DNA of 60,466 bases from assembly GCA_903835385.1 (NCBI GenBank), contig CAILMQ010000048.1, forward strand, positions 1 to 60,466, given 5' to 3'. The translations under genes and the position numbers were made by a program. Below the pieces are notes generated by a model. It was not told the origin of the DNA. It worked only from the letters and a program-made list of their open reading frames with translations, and made no database searches. Positions 8,340 through 18,314 of this stretch are shown piece after piece (positions within the stretch are counted from its first letter, which is position 1; each line of letters opens with the position of its first letter). The stretch is from an uncultured Candidatus Micrarchaeota archaeon (GTDB taxonomy: Archaea > Micrarchaeota > Micrarchaeia > Anstonellales > Bilamarchaeaceae).

Positions 8340-9152
8340 ATGATTGGTGTGTTTAAAGAGGCTCCGACACAGGCGCAGGACCCGGCGCTCAGTTTCTATG
8401 CCACTATGAAGCCGGCGGACATACAGAGGATACAGGATAACGTGACCCGTGTTTTGAGCTCGCGCGATTTCACTCCCAAGCCCATGGTTCCGGGCAAGGC
8501 GGATAAGAATTTCATTGACAATGTGAAGTCCGCCCAGGTCGCCCTCGGCGTGGAGAAGCTGGACGGCAAATGGGGCAAAATTACCGATACTCACAACGAA
8601 CGGTTTGCCCAGGTGAATGAGATACAAGCCAAAGTGACCCGTGTTTTGAGCTCGCGCGATTTCACTCCCAAGCCCATGGTTCCGGGCAAGGCGGATAAGA
8701 ATTTCATTGACAATGTGAAGTCCGCCCAGGTCGCCCTCGGCGTGGAGAAGCTGGACGGCAAATGGGGCAGAACTACGGATGCTCACAACGAACGGTTTGC
8801 CCAGGCGCAGGAAAAGGCCGATAAGACGGAGCAGTCGGCGGTGAGGCGCCTCGCGGACATGGTGCCGAAGGAAACCGCGCTTGCCCGCGCATCGGAGTCG
8901 CCCGCGACCGCTGCGGCTTACAACGTAACCGTGAGGGTAAGTGAAGTGCCCGGCATGAAACCGAGGGAAGTCACCCTGCGCAGCAATACGGAATACGCGA
9001 AAATGAGTTCCACAGAACAGAAAAGCTTCAATGAGCGGGCCCTGAGGCTTGCCTATAAGCAGGAATACGGGCACACGCCAAGCGCGCAGGAACTTAACGA
9101 CGTCGCCGCGGTGATAAAGCACGTCAAGAGCGAAAAAATGAGGACGGACTGA
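8340..9152 (+). CDS. Hypothetical protein with two tandem 64-aa units resembling peptidoglycan-binding domain 1
   Basis: TATA-like TATTTAAG at 8301, GGTGA SD, ATG 8340; unit motif VKSAQVALGVEKLDGKWGxxT. Confidence 0.7.
   Translation: MIGVFKEAPTQAQDPALSFYATMKPADIQRIQDNVTRVLSSRDFTPKPMVPGKADKNFIDNVKSAQVALGVEKLDGKWGKITDTHNERFAQVNEIQAKVTRVLSSRDFTPKPMVPGKADKNFIDNVKSAQVALGVEKLDGKWGRTTDAHNERFAQAQEKADKTEQSAVRRLADMVPKETALARASESPATAAAYNVTVRVSEVPGMKPREVTLRSNTEYAKMSSTEQKSFNERALRLAYKQEYGHTPSAQELNDVAAVIKHVKSEKMRTD
8442..8805 (+). repeat. Intragenic direct repeat, 172-bp copies at 192-bp period
   Basis: 8442-8613 vs 8634-8805; first 136 bp identical, 4 clustered mismatches after that. Confidence 0.95.
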
Positions 9153-9215
9153 GAGCGCAGCGGAGTCCGGCGCTCCCTTATCCGTTTTCCTTCTTCCTTC
9201 ATTTGCCCTCTCTTC

Positions 9216-10025
9216 CTATTTTGCCTTTTTCGTCACCTGAGCCCCGGCTTCCGGAGGGCAGGGGACAATCAGCCTTTTGAGTACCTCCCCTTCGCCAAAC
9301 ACGTCGCACTGGCTGCCCGTGCATTCAATCGACGCCGCGCCGCCATGCACGCCATCCTCTATCGTCGCGTGCACCCCTTTGCAGTTCGCGTATGAAATCA
9401 TGAAGCTGCCGGTCTCTGGGAAGAGCACGTGCGTATAAGGCCCGCTTCTTTTGATGACCGCACGCGCCGCGCGGCCCTTTTCCGGTTCTTTTTTGGAAAC
9501 CCATTGCCCGAGGGTGCCGTCGGCATTGAAATATTCCACCGCGGTCAGCCCGTTATCGAAAGCCACATACGCCTTCGTGCCGTTGTCGAAAAACGCGACC
9601 TCCACGGCATTATACCTGAAATCCACGTGGCTCACCGCGCCGGCGCCGTCCTTCAAGGATGCCGGGGAGCCGTAAACCTCTATCCTGTTCCGGTAGGCAA
9701 TCCGCGTCCTGCCTCCTGAGCAGGATAACTGTATCGGAACCATCTCGCCGCGGTCTATGTTGAATTGCGGCAGCAGGCTCTCGCTCGTCCCCGCGCCTGT
9801 TTTTACCGTAAGCGTGTTCCCGTTGATTTCGCATGTGCCGCCCTCCCATGCAGAAGACAGCCTGCGCTCGCTGCCTGTTTTCCCAATCAGGGCATCCGCC
9901 ATCGGGCCTTTGGCGGTCGCAGTGCCCCAAGAAGTTCTTGCCGCCACGCCAGGCGCCCCTGCCAGTGCGGGCTTTGAGAATGCGAGAAGCAATCCTAATG
10001 TTGCGGCGGCCAGTTTCTTTTGCAT
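9216..10025 (-). CDS. Hypothetical secreted beta-rich protein
   Basis: Signal peptide MQKKLAAATLGLLLAFSKPALA; several Cys. Confidence 0.7.
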   Translation of the reverse strand: MQKKLAAATLGLLLAFSKPALAGAPGVAARTSWGTATAKGPMADALIGKTGSERRLSSAWEGGTCEINGNTLTVKTGAGTSESLLPQFNIDRGEMVPIQLSCSGGRTRIAYRNRIEVYGSPASLKDGAGAVSHVDFRYNAVEVAFFDNGTKAYVAFDNGLTAVEYFNADGTLGQWVSKKEPEKGRAARAVIKRSGPYTHVLFPETGSFMISYANCKGVHATIEDGVHGGAASIECTGSQCDVFGEGEVLKRLIVPCPPEAGAQVTKKAK

Positions 10026-10168
10026 CAAACCATCCGGGTTTCGGGTTCAACGGATTAATATGGATTAACAGGTTAATATACTTAGTGTGGTTATATTTAA
10101 AAAGATATGTTTGAATACGCCACGTTCCGGCGTTGGTTTTTAAAAACATATTTGCGCAGAGTATCCTC

Positions 10169-10581
10169 ATGGACGACGGGCTGGTCGTGGGCAGGGACGT
10201 GCTCAAAGCCGTTGGCGGCCAGACGCGCGTAAGCATACTCAAGGCCCTGCGCCAGAGGCAGAAGACCCAGAGCGAATTGGCATCCGAACTCAGGCTTTCC
10301 GCCCCGACGGTCCTGGAGCACATGGCGCAGCTGGAAAAGGCCAATCTCATCGAGCCGGTTCCGGAATACCCGGGCAGGACATTCCCCCTGCTGGCCGGCA
10401 GCGGTTTAGAGGCCGGCGCGCCCAGCCTTCCGGTGGCAGCTCCCAGGCAATGTACGCGATGTCCGCTCTCGACAGTTCCCCGCGCGTGTTTGTCGGGCTG
10501 CTCGCAATGCTATTCCTCATAGCCACGCTCTGCCTGGCGGCCTATGCCTGGCATTCACGGCGCGCATCCCCTCACAGGTAA
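10169..10581 (+). pseudogene. ArsR-type wHTH regulator with membrane segment, apparently frameshifted
   Basis: TRVSILKALRQRQKTQSELASELRLSAPTVLEHMAQLEKANLI; wing strand missing; a TM segment (VFVGLLAMLFLIATLCLAAYAW) lies in another frame ending at TAA 10581. Confidence 0.55.
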
Positions 10582-11780
10582 TAGAGGTCAGAAGGCATTA
10601 TCACCCTGTAGAGCACCAGCGCCACCCCGAGCATGAAGGGTATGACAATCACGGAAAAGCCGATGAACATCATAGCCGACTCCTTTCCCCTTCCCCAAGG
10701 CTGCTGCCGCTCGTACACGAGATATGCGCTTCCCAGCCAGGCGACCAGGAAAACGAAACCCGCCACCTGCGCGTCCGGCATGTTCACCCCGATAATCGCA
10801 CCCGACACGACCGTCACCGCGACCAGCGCAGCGAAGGAAACCGCATATACGAACGATTTCACTGCGCAGTCGGAGAGCGGCGCAACTCCCTGGGCCAAAG
10901 GCGCCTGGGCCGGAACCGTCCGGGCACCGGCCGCCTGCGCAGGAGAAGCGGTCCCCTGCCGTCCTTTCGAAGCCGCCGCGTTCGTTTCCCTCGCCTTTTT
11001 CCTCACGAAGTATGCGCCGAGCCCGAGGAGCGCGAGCACGAAAGCGATTTCAGGCGCATAGAGCAGCATCTTGTTCCTGCCATAGCTCCCGCTGACGACC
11101 ATGCTTTCGCCTGCGAACAGCGTGCTCTTCTGCGTCGTATAGCCGTAGGAATACGAGCTGTACGAGTAAAGCCCGGACATCGCGGCCTGCGTGTCTCCGC
11201 TCCCGCTTTCCAGAGCCTTCATGTCAGTGGCAATTGGCTGGTAGTTCCCGCTGCTTCCGCCTTCTTTGAGGTAAAGTCCCTGGTCCACATTGATGGAAAC
11301 CTGCGTGCTGTCCACGTCAAACCCGTATTTTGGGGTCTCGAAATCAAAACCCGTTCCAAGGATGCCGCTTTTCGCGTACCCGAATGCGCGGTAGAGGATG
11401 AGCAGGCTCGTGGAATGGCCCTTTTCCAGCGGTTTGCCAAGTTTCAGCCTGTAGCTGCCGGCTCCGGCTTTCTCATATGTTACCGGATCGAATTCGTAGT
11501 TGTAATAGCAGCTGCTGTAATCAACGCTTCCGTTCTCAATACAATCCCTCTTCTGGTACGCCCCGACCATCCTCACATCGGTTCCCGGGATGTTCAGGTC
11601 TATGGTGCTCGCGGCAGAATCCGCGTTATTCGTGTAATCCAGCCGCAGCACCGCGTTCGCCAAACCCCTATCGTCAAAAGAAACGGAATAATACGCGCTG
11701 GTCCCGTAGTCCGCGCCGTAGTATGCGCCAGTGAGCCCGGCCAGCAGAAGCCCCACGAAAATCCACGTCAGGTTTTTCAT
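10572..11780 (-). CDS. Membrane-anchored surface protein (signal peptide, beta-rich ectodomain, about 4 TM)
   Basis: Hydrophobic N-terminus, Tyr/Ser-rich ectodomain, TM at about aa 240-260 and three near the C-terminus. Confidence 0.8.
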   Translation of the reverse strand: MKNLTWIFVGLLLAGLTGAYYGADYGTSAYYSVSFDDRGLANAVLRLDYTNNADSAASTIDLNIPGTDVRMVGAYQKRDCIENGSVDYSSCYYNYEFDPVTYEKAGAGSYRLKLGKPLEKGHSTSLLILYRAFGYAKSGILGTGFDFETPKYGFDVDSTQVSINVDQGLYLKEGGSSGNYQPIATDMKALESGSGDTQAAMSGLYSYSSYSYGYTTQKSTLFAGESMVVSGSYGRNKMLLYAPEIAFVLALLGLGAYFVRKKARETNAAASKGRQGTASPAQAAGARTVPAQAPLAQGVAPLSDCAVKSFVYAVSFAALVAVTVVSGAIIGVNMPDAQVAGFVFLVAWLGSAYLVYERQQPWGRGKESAMMFIGFSVIVIPFMLGVALVLYRVIMPSDLYYL

Positions 11781-11844
11781 GGTTAATACTGATGCCCTTC
11801 CCGTATTTATAAGCAGGAGAATTGGTTAGGCTAAACCCTAAGCA

Positions 11845-12150
11845 TCATTTGCGCGCCGGCTCCTTTTTCGCAACCGCATTCGTAAGCGCGTATATGACGA
11901 CCGCAACCAGGACCGTCACAGCGAGCGCGACCAGTATCTCGTAGCCCCATGCGCCGCTTATGGGTATGAGTGTCTTTATGGTGTCGGTTATGGCCGTCTG
12001 CCAGAAAAGCGCTGCCACCAGGGCCAGCGCGGTCGTTATCACGGTTATGATGCGGGTCTCCACCTCTTCCCTGGCTCTCCGTGCAATCTCGCGCCTCTCG
12101 AACTTCCTTTCCAACTCCTTTTCCGTTTCCCCGGTTATCCTGTCTGCCAT
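11845..12150 (-). CDS. Small 2-TM membrane protein, DUF5654-like
   Basis: ITTALALVAALFWQTAI pattern. Confidence 0.7.
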   Translation of the reverse strand: MADRITGETEKELERKFERREIARRAREEVETRIITVITTALALVAALFWQTAITDTIKTLIPISGAWGYEILVALAVTVLVAVVIYALTNAVAKKEPARK

Positions 12151-12235
12151 GCCCAGAATTGCCAGGCTATGGTTTAAAAATTACATCGTACGATAATTTT
12201 CCACATAGACGAATTCATCACTGAAAGGTATCCAC

Positions 12236-13399
12236 ATGAGAAGAGTCGCCATCATAGGCTGCGGAATGACGAAGTTCGGGGAGCATTGGGACACCGGCCT
12301 CAGGGACATGGTTGTGGAGGCAGGGCTCAACGCAATCCAGGACGCCAATCTTCCGGGCGAGAAGATAGACGCGGGCTACATCGGCACAATGGCGTCAGGC
12401 TCGTTCATAGGCCAGGAGCACATAGGAGCGCTCATCGCGGATTATATGGGGCTGAATCCCATCCCAATCACGCGTGTGGAAGGCGCCTGCGCGTCCGGCT
12501 CCCTTGCCCTGCGCCAGGGGTTCATGGCGGTCGCGTCCGGCCTCCATGACATCGTGGTCGTGGGCGGCGTGGAGAAAATGACTGACCTTGACGGAAGCAT
12601 GGTGACGGACGTGCTCGGCGGAGCAGGGGACCAGGAATGGGAGCTTTTCCTGGGTGCGACATTCCCGGGCATATACGCGCTCATGGCCAGGAGGCATATG
12701 TACGAGTTCGGAACCACCGAGGAGATGATGGCCTCGGTCGCGGTGAAGAACCACCGCAACGGCTCGAAAAACAAATACGCCCAGTACCAGAACGAAATAA
12801 CCATGGACACGGTCCTCAAATCCAAGGCCGTCGCATCCCCGCTCAAGGTTTTTGACTGCTCTCCGGTCACGGACGGCGCGGCAGCGCTTGTCCTCGCCCC
12901 GCTGGAACTCGCCTCAAGCTTCACAAAAAAGCCGGTCGAAATCCTCGCAACGGCCCAGGCGTCGGACACAATCGCGCTCCACTCAAGGCAGAGCCTGACC
13001 GGAATCAAGGCCACAACAATCGCTGCCGAGAAAGCCTATAAAATGGCCAAGGTCACTACAAAGGACATAGACGTGGTGGAAGTCCACGACTGCTTCACAA
13101 TCGCGGAGATAATGGCGATTGAGGACCTCGGGTTCTTCAAAAAGGGCGAGGGCGGGAAGGCGTCGCTGGAAGGGCGGACCGCAATAGGGGCGGAAATCGC
13201 GGTGAACACATCCGGCGGGCTCAAGGCATGCGGCCATCCGGTGGGTGCCACCGGAGTAAAGCAGGCGGTGGAAATCACCTGGCAGCTGCGCAACGAGGCG
13301 GAAGGAAGGCAGGTCAAGGACGTGGAAATAGGCATGACGCACAACGTGGGCGGCTCGGGCGCCACCGCGGTGGTGCACATATTCGGCAAGGGGAACTGA
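12236..13399 (+). CDS. Archaeal acetyl-CoA acetyltransferase (thiolase)
   Basis: VEGACASG catalytic Cys, [31 protein letters not shown]. Confidence 0.95.
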   Translation: MRRVAIIGCGMTKFGEHWDTGLRDMVVEAGLNAIQDANLPGEKIDAGYIGTMASGSFIGQEHIGALIADYMGLNPIPITRVEGACASGSLALRQGFMAVASGLHDIVVVGGVEKMTDLDGSMVTDVLGGAGDQEWELFLGATFPGIYALMARRHMYEFGTTEEMMASVAVKNHRNGSKNKYAQYQNEITMDTVLKSKAVASPLKVFDCSPVTDGAAALVLAPLELASSFTKKPVEILATAQASDTIALHSRQSLTGIKATTIAAEKAYKMAKVTTKDIDVVEVHDCFTIAEIMAIEDLGFFKKGEGGKASLEGRTAIGAEIAVNTSGGLKACGHPVGATGVKQAVEITWQLRNEAEGRQVKDVEIGMTHNVGGSGATAVVHIFGKGN

Positions 13400-13437
13400 A
13401 CAAAGGCGTACGTTCAATCAGATGTTCTGGTGTTTTC

Positions 13438-13647
13438 ATGGCAACGGTCGGATTCAAACCAACGGACGGGAAAAAACCGCAGGCTCAGGCCGGTTCATTC
13501 GGGTTCAGGCGCGTCAGCGGCTTTCACCCCGACGACATCCACGAGCTTTTCAAGGCCGAATCAAGCAGGGGTTGCTTCGGCAGGACGACCTGGGGCATGC
13601 ACCTCAGCCTTGAAACCATAGAAAAAGGACAATTTAGGCGGCCCTAG
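13438..13647 (+). CDS. Small hypothetical protein (69 aa)
   Basis: ATG 13438 after GGTG; fills an otherwise empty gap; no motif recognised. Confidence 0.35.
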   Translation: MATVGFKPTDGKKPQAQAGSFGFRRVSGFHPDDIHELFKAESSRGCFGRTTWGMHLSLETIEKGQFRRP

Positions 13648-13744
13648 CACCCGGATAGCGGCATTTGCATGCCGGCGGGCCGCTCGCGACTACCCCGTGC
13701 TATCCCTTTATAACACCTTTTCCATCAAATACAATAACACGTGA

Positions 13745-13834
13745 GGGAGAGCAATAGGTTTCCAGCTCCCAGTTATGCCCCGGCTTCTTACAAGACGTGC
13801 AACAAGAGGCGCAGGGCATCTGGGTTTGGGGGAC
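13745..13834 (+). promoter_or_regulatory. Structured 5' leader of the rpe-tkt operon
   Basis: TTTATAA at 13707-13713; nested stems CCCAG/CTGGG, ATGCCC/GGGCAT, GCTTCTT/AAGAGGC ending just before ATG 13842. Confidence 0.45.
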
Positions 13835-13841
13835 TGAGCTT

Positions 13842-14498
13842 ATGCCTTTAGAAGTCATTCCAGCCATCCTTGTGAAAGACCGCGGCGAGCTGCTGCGGAG
13901 GATAGCTGCCGTCTCGCCCCACGTGAAAACCGTCCACATCGACGTCATGGACAATCGGTTCGTGCCGAACAGGACCGTTGGCCTCGAATCCTTCTCAGAC
14001 CTTCCATCAAGCGTTCACTATGAGTTCCACTGGATGGTGGAGCATCCCGAATCCTACATAGCGGGGCTTCCAGGCCCCTATCTCCACATCGTCCACTGCG
14101 AGGCGGTAAAGGACTGGGGAGTCGTGGAGGAGGCGGTGCGCAGGGCAGGAGGCGCGTTGGGAATCGCGTTCAATCCAGCAACGCCAACAGGCAAAATAAT
14201 CGGGCTCGCCTCCAAAACAAAGCGCATTCTCGCGATGACAGTGGTCCCCGGGTTCGACGGCCAGAAGTACATGGCCGAAGTGGAGCTGAAAATAAGCGAG
14301 TTGCGCGCCCGCTTCCCGGCAATGGAAATAGAGGTTGATGGCGGCATAAACCCGGAGACCGCGGCAAGGGCGGTGAAGGCCGGGGCGGACAAGCTCGCCG
14401 CGTCCTCGGCGATATTCACCAAAGATGACAAGAAGCTCGCAATCGCGATGATACTGAGGAGCTGCGGGGTGCTTGAATGCCGGACCGGTTCAGGATAA
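13842..14498 (+). CDS. rpe: Ribulose-phosphate 3-epimerase
   Basis: HIDVMD, MTVVPGFDGQ, EVDGGIN. Confidence 0.92.
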   Translation: MPLEVIPAILVKDRGELLRRIAAVSPHVKTVHIDVMDNRFVPNRTVGLESFSDLPSSVHYEFHWMVEHPESYIAGLPGPYLHIVHCEAVKDWGVVEEAVRRAGGALGIAFNPATPTGKIIGLASKTKRILAMTVVPGFDGQKYMAEVELKISELRARFPAMEIEVDGGINPETAARAVKAGADKLAASSAIFTKDDKKLAIAMILRSCGVLECRTGSG

Positions 14499-15340
14499 CA
14501 AGCATGAAAAAGCTGAAGCTCATCGCCAACACCATACGGCAGGATGTCGTGTGCATGCTTTTCGAGGCAAAGTCCGGCCATTCCGCTGGCTCAATCGGAC
14601 TTGCGGACATCTTTACCGCGCTTTATTTCAACGTGCTCTACCATGACCCGAAGAACCCGGGGTGGCCGGACCGGGACAGGATGGTCCTGAGCAACGGCCA
14701 CGTCTGCCCGGTCCTCTATGCCGCGCTTGCGAACGCGGGCTATTTCCCGAAGGAGGAGCTGCTCACCCTGAGGAAGCTCGGCTCCAGGCTGCAGGGCCAT
14801 CCGCACAGGGGCGCACTCCCTGGCATAGAGAACACGTCCGGCCCGCTGGGCCAGGGGCTTTCCCAGGCAGTCGGCATGGCGATAGTGTCAAGGTCCGAGC
14901 GCAGGAAATGGCGCGTCTATTGCGTCCTCTCAGACGGCGAGCACCAGGAGGGCCAGGTATGGGAGGCGGCCATGCTCGCGGGGAAGTACCGGCTGGGCAA
15001 CCTCACCGCCATACTGGACAGGAACAACATCCAGATAGACGGCTACACCGAGGAGATATGCCCGCTGGAGCCCCTCGCTGAGAAATACCGCTCGTTCGGC
15101 TGGCACGTGATAGACGTGGACGGCCACAACATCAAGAAAATCATAGACGCCTGCGAGGAGTCGCGCGCGGTCTATGAGAAGCCCACGATGATAATCGCGC
15201 ACACGATTCCGGGCAAGGCGATATCGTTCATGGAATTCCTGGCAGAGTGGCACGGCAAGTCCCCGAAGAAGGAGGAACTGGACACCGCGCTGGCAGAGCT
15301 GCAGAAGCAGAGGGACGCGGTGGAGACCGAGGATTTCTGA
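14477..15340 (+). CDS. tkt: Transketolase N-terminal (TPP-binding) subunit
   Basis: SGH, DRDRMVLSNGH, GPLGQG, SDGEHQEG; alternative start 14504. Confidence 0.95.
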   Translation: MPDRFRITSMKKLKLIANTIRQDVVCMLFEAKSGHSAGSIGLADIFTALYFNVLYHDPKNPGWPDRDRMVLSNGHVCPVLYAALANAGYFPKEELLTLRKLGSRLQGHPHRGALPGIENTSGPLGQGLSQAVGMAIVSRSERRKWRVYCVLSDGEHQEGQVWEAAMLAGKYRLGNLTAILDRNNIQIDGYTEEICPLEPLAEKYRSFGWHVIDVDGHNIKKIIDACEESRAVYEKPTMIIAHTIPGKAISFMEFLAEWHGKSPKKEELDTALAELQKQRDAVETEDF

Positions 15341-15341
15341 G

Positions 15342-16346
15342 ATGATTAGGATGGCAATTCGCGCTGACATGTACCTGGCCGACCCGCTTTTCGAGCCGAC
15401 GCCCAAGGCCGCCCCGAGCCGCGACGGTTTCGGAAAGGCCCTATTGGAGCTGGGCGAAAAGGACCCGAACGTCTGGGTGCTCACTGCCGACGTCTCGGAA
15501 TCCACGCGCACCCACTGGTTCGCGGAGAAATTCCCGAAAAGGTTCGTCCAGACCGGGGTCGCGGAGCAGAACCTGGCCGGGGTTGCCGCCGGCATCGCGG
15601 CCTGCGGCAAGACCGCCTTCATATCCGCGTACGGCGTTTTCTCGCCGGGCCGCAACTGGGACCAGGTGCGCGTCTCCATATGCTACAATAACGTGCCCGT
15701 GAAAATCCACGGCTCGCACACCGGCCTCACCGTGGGCCCCGACGGCGCGTCCCATCAGGCGCTGGAGGACATCGCAATCACCCGTGTGCTCCCGAACATG
15801 GTCGTGCTCGCCCCGGCGGACGCCGAGGAGGCGCGGAAGGCGGCCCATGCGGCCGCGATTCTTCCCGGGCCCGTGTACATCCGCACCTGCAGGGAGAAGA
15901 TGCCTGTTTTCACCACGGACAGGACGCCGTTTGAAATCGGGAAGGCGAACGCCTACCGCGACGGCAAAGACGTGGCGATTTTCGCATGCGGCGCGGAAGT
16001 ATACGAGGCGCTCAGGGCCGCGGAAAGCCTTTCAAAGGAGGGAATAGACGCCGCGGTGATCGGCCTCCATACCATCAAGCCCATTGACGAGGCCGCAATA
16101 GAAGAATGGGCGAGGAGGACGGGCCTCATCGTAACCGTGGAGGACCACCAGGTGAACGGGGGCATGGGAAGCGCGGTGGCTGAAGTGGTTTCGGGTCTCC
16201 AGTCTCCAGTCCAGGTTATCCGCCACGGGATTTATGACCGGTTCTGCGAGTCCGGCGAGCCAATGGAGCTGCTCAAAAAATACGGGCTTGACGCAGCCGG
16301 AATCAGTGACGTGGTTAAAAAAGCGATGGAGAAGAAAAAACAATAG
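15342..16346 (+). CDS. tkt: Transketolase C-terminal subunit
   Basis: GVAEQN, GPDGASHQ, TIKPID, VEDH. Confidence 0.95.
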   Translation: MIRMAIRADMYLADPLFEPTPKAAPSRDGFGKALLELGEKDPNVWVLTADVSESTRTHWFAEKFPKRFVQTGVAEQNLAGVAAGIAACGKTAFISAYGVFSPGRNWDQVRVSICYNNVPVKIHGSHTGLTVGPDGASHQALEDIAITRVLPNMVVLAPADAEEARKAAHAAAILPGPVYIRTCREKMPVFTTDRTPFEIGKANAYRDGKDVAIFACGAEVYEALRAAESLSKEGIDAAVIGLHTIKPIDEAAIEEWARRTGLIVTVEDHQVNGGMGSAVAEVVSGLQSPVQVIRHGIYDRFCESGEPMELLKKYGLDAAGISDVVKKAMEKKKQ

Positions 16347-16356
16347 GGGTGGCTAT

Positions 16357-16662
16357 GTGGGCGTTCTACAGGAGTTCAAGGATTTTTTACACGAGTATAA
16401 GGTGATGGGGATGGCCGTGGCATTCGTAATCGGTGTCGCCATAACCGCGTTTGTGCAGTCCCTGGTGAACAACATAATCATGCCGGTCGTAGCAGTGGTT
16501 CTCCCGAAGGGCGACTGGCAGGCCGCGACATTTCCACTCGGCCCTGCGAATCTCGGCATCGGCGCGTTCCTGTCCGCGCTCATCAACTTCGTGATAATCG
16601 CATTCGTGGTCTTCCTGATGGCCAAATTCGTGTTCAAGGAGGAAAAGGTCACGAAAAAATAG
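16357..16662 (+). CDS. mscL: Large-conductance mechanosensitive channel (short form)
   Basis: EFKDFL..KVMGMAVAFVIG, SLVNNIIMP, GAFLSALINFVIIAFVVF; GTG start. Confidence 0.9.
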   Translation: MGVLQEFKDFLHEYKVMGMAVAFVIGVAITAFVQSLVNNIIMPVVAVVLPKGDWQAATFPLGPANLGIGAFLSALINFVIIAFVVFLMAKFVFKEEKVTKK

Positions 16663-16764
16663 AAACGGCCCGTCTCGCCAGTCGTTGGCCGGGTTCGCGC
16701 CGCAGCAGGGACGGTTTTTAGATTTATTCCTTCATTAATACGTAATACGCAGCGGGTGTTTTCT

Positions 16765-17415
16765 ATGAAATTCTTTCTCGACACAGCAAACGTTGAAGAG
16801 ATAAGGAAAGCCGTGGAGCTGGGCATGTGCGACGGAGTCACGACCAACCCCACGCTCATCATGAAGTCAGGCAAGGACCAGAAGGCCGTGATCCGGGAGA
16901 TAGCGAAAATCGTTCACGGCCCCATAAGCGTGGAGGGCATAGCGGACGACGCCGAAGGCATGGCCAGGGAAGGCGAGGAGTTCGCCAAATGGGCCCCGAA
17001 CGTAGTTGTAAAGGTGCCCATGACCAAGGAGGGGCTCAAAGCGGTCCGCGTTCTGGAAGCCAAGGGCATAAGGACCAACGTGACGCTCGTGTTCTCAACA
17101 TCCCAGGCGCTCCTGGCGGCCAAGGCCGGCGCGTCCTACGTGTCACCGTTCGTGGGCAGGCTGGACGACGTGTCCGAGGACGGCATGCAGTTAATTGAAA
17201 ACATAGTCTCCATGTACCTGAACTACAATTTCAAGACCGAAATCATAGTCGCATCCGTCAGGCACCCGCTCCACGTTACGACCGCGGCGGCCGCGGGCGC
17301 GCACATCGCGACCATACCCGCCGAAGTGCTTGAGAAGATGTGGAAGCACCCGCTCACGGACAAGGGAATAGCCCAGTTCAAGGACGACTACAAGAAGACC
17401 GCTGGAAACAAGTGA
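16765..17415 (+). CDS. tal: Transaldolase / fructose-6-phosphate aldolase (TalC/MipB family)
   Basis: [37 protein letters not shown]. Confidence 0.92.
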   Translation: MKFFLDTANVEEIRKAVELGMCDGVTTNPTLIMKSGKDQKAVIREIAKIVHGPISVEGIADDAEGMAREGEEFAKWAPNVVVKVPMTKEGLKAVRVLEAKGIRTNVTLVFSTSQALLAAKAGASYVSPFVGRLDDVSEDGMQLIENIVSMYLNYNFKTEIIVASVRHPLHVTTAAAAGAHIATIPAEVLEKMWKHPLTDKGIAQFKDDYKKTAGNK

Positions 17416-17420
17416 TTTGC

Positions 17421-17819
17421 ATGAAGGAATCCATACCGCTGACCTGGCGCAAGATACCGGCACGCTACAGGCTGCTCGGAGTGAAATGCACCACCTGCAG
17501 CACGTACTATTTCCCGAAGCGCTTGGTGTGCCCCAAATGCAGGCGCAGGGGCAGGCTGGAGGAGGTCCGCTATTCCGGCAAGGGCAAGGTCTATTCATTC
17601 ACGGAAATAACCTCGCCGCCGGTCGCATTCCAGGACCAGGCGCCCTACGTGCTCGCCATAATAGAGCTGGACGAGGGCGCGAAGGTCACGGGCCAGATAG
17701 TGGACGCCCGCGCATCCGACGTCAAAATCGGCTCGCGTGTGGACAAGGTTTTCCGCATAATCCAGCGGGACGACCCCGAAGGGCTGATACACTACGGGTT
17801 CAAGTTCAAGCTAGTCTGA
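17421..17819 (+). CDS. DUF35 Zn-ribbon/OB-fold protein (thiolase/HMG-CoA synthase scaffold)
   Basis: CxxC..FP...CPxC, GKVYSFT, GLIHYGFKF. Confidence 0.9.
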   Translation: MKESIPLTWRKIPARYRLLGVKCTTCSTYYFPKRLVCPKCRRRGRLEEVRYSGKGKVYSFTEITSPPVAFQDQAPYVLAIIELDEGAKVTGQIVDARASDVKIGSRVDKVFRIIQRDDPEGLIHYGFKFKLV

Positions 17820-18275
17820 ATCCTTCCTTTTCCCGTAGAAGAACGTGGCCCCAACCAGGAGCACGAACGCCGCGGGCGCGTTTATGCAGGGGATTTTCTC
17901 GCCGCAATCCGCCGCCGCCTTTGTCACGCACGTGTCGGCCTCCTTGAAACACTGCGCCATTACGCCGTCGTTGCAATCCTCAGAGTCATTGCCGCCGGTC
18001 ATCTGCGCCTTGCATGTCGTAAGCGCGCCCGCGCAGGCGTCTATGCCAGGGCATTTGCCGGCTGCGTATTCTGCCGCGGCAGCCGGGTACGTGGTGCTAA
18101 CGCACGCTGTCCCGGAAGCCTGGTATCCCTGTGAGCAGGATTGGTCTATTTTTCCCTGCGCATCGAAGCTGCACGAGCCGCAGGCCTTGTTGTAGGCGTC
18201 CGCCGCGCATCCTGCGGAGGATAGCGAAGCCAATACGAATAGAGCCAAAACAGCGAATACGATTGTACGTGCCAT
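17811..18275 (-). CDS. Small Cys-rich secreted protein with C-terminal anchor
   Basis: Signal peptide, 13 Cys, C-terminal CINAPAAFVLLVGATFFYGKRK. Confidence 0.8.
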   Translation of the reverse strand: MARTIVFAVLALFVLASLSSAGCAADAYNKACGSCSFDAQGKIDQSCSQGYQASGTACVSTTYPAAAAEYAAGKCPGIDACAGALTTCKAQMTGGNDSEDCNDGVMAQCFKEADTCVTKAAADCGEKIPCINAPAAFVLLVGATFFYGKRKDSD

Positions 18276-18314
18276 GGGTGGCATTCGAAGACAAGTAATA
18301 AAATGGTTTCAGTA

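Noticed and set aside
8442-8805. Possible DGR template/variable repeat pair
   Set aside because: Both copies are in frame in one ORF, mismatches are not adenine-only, and no reverse transcriptase is in the window
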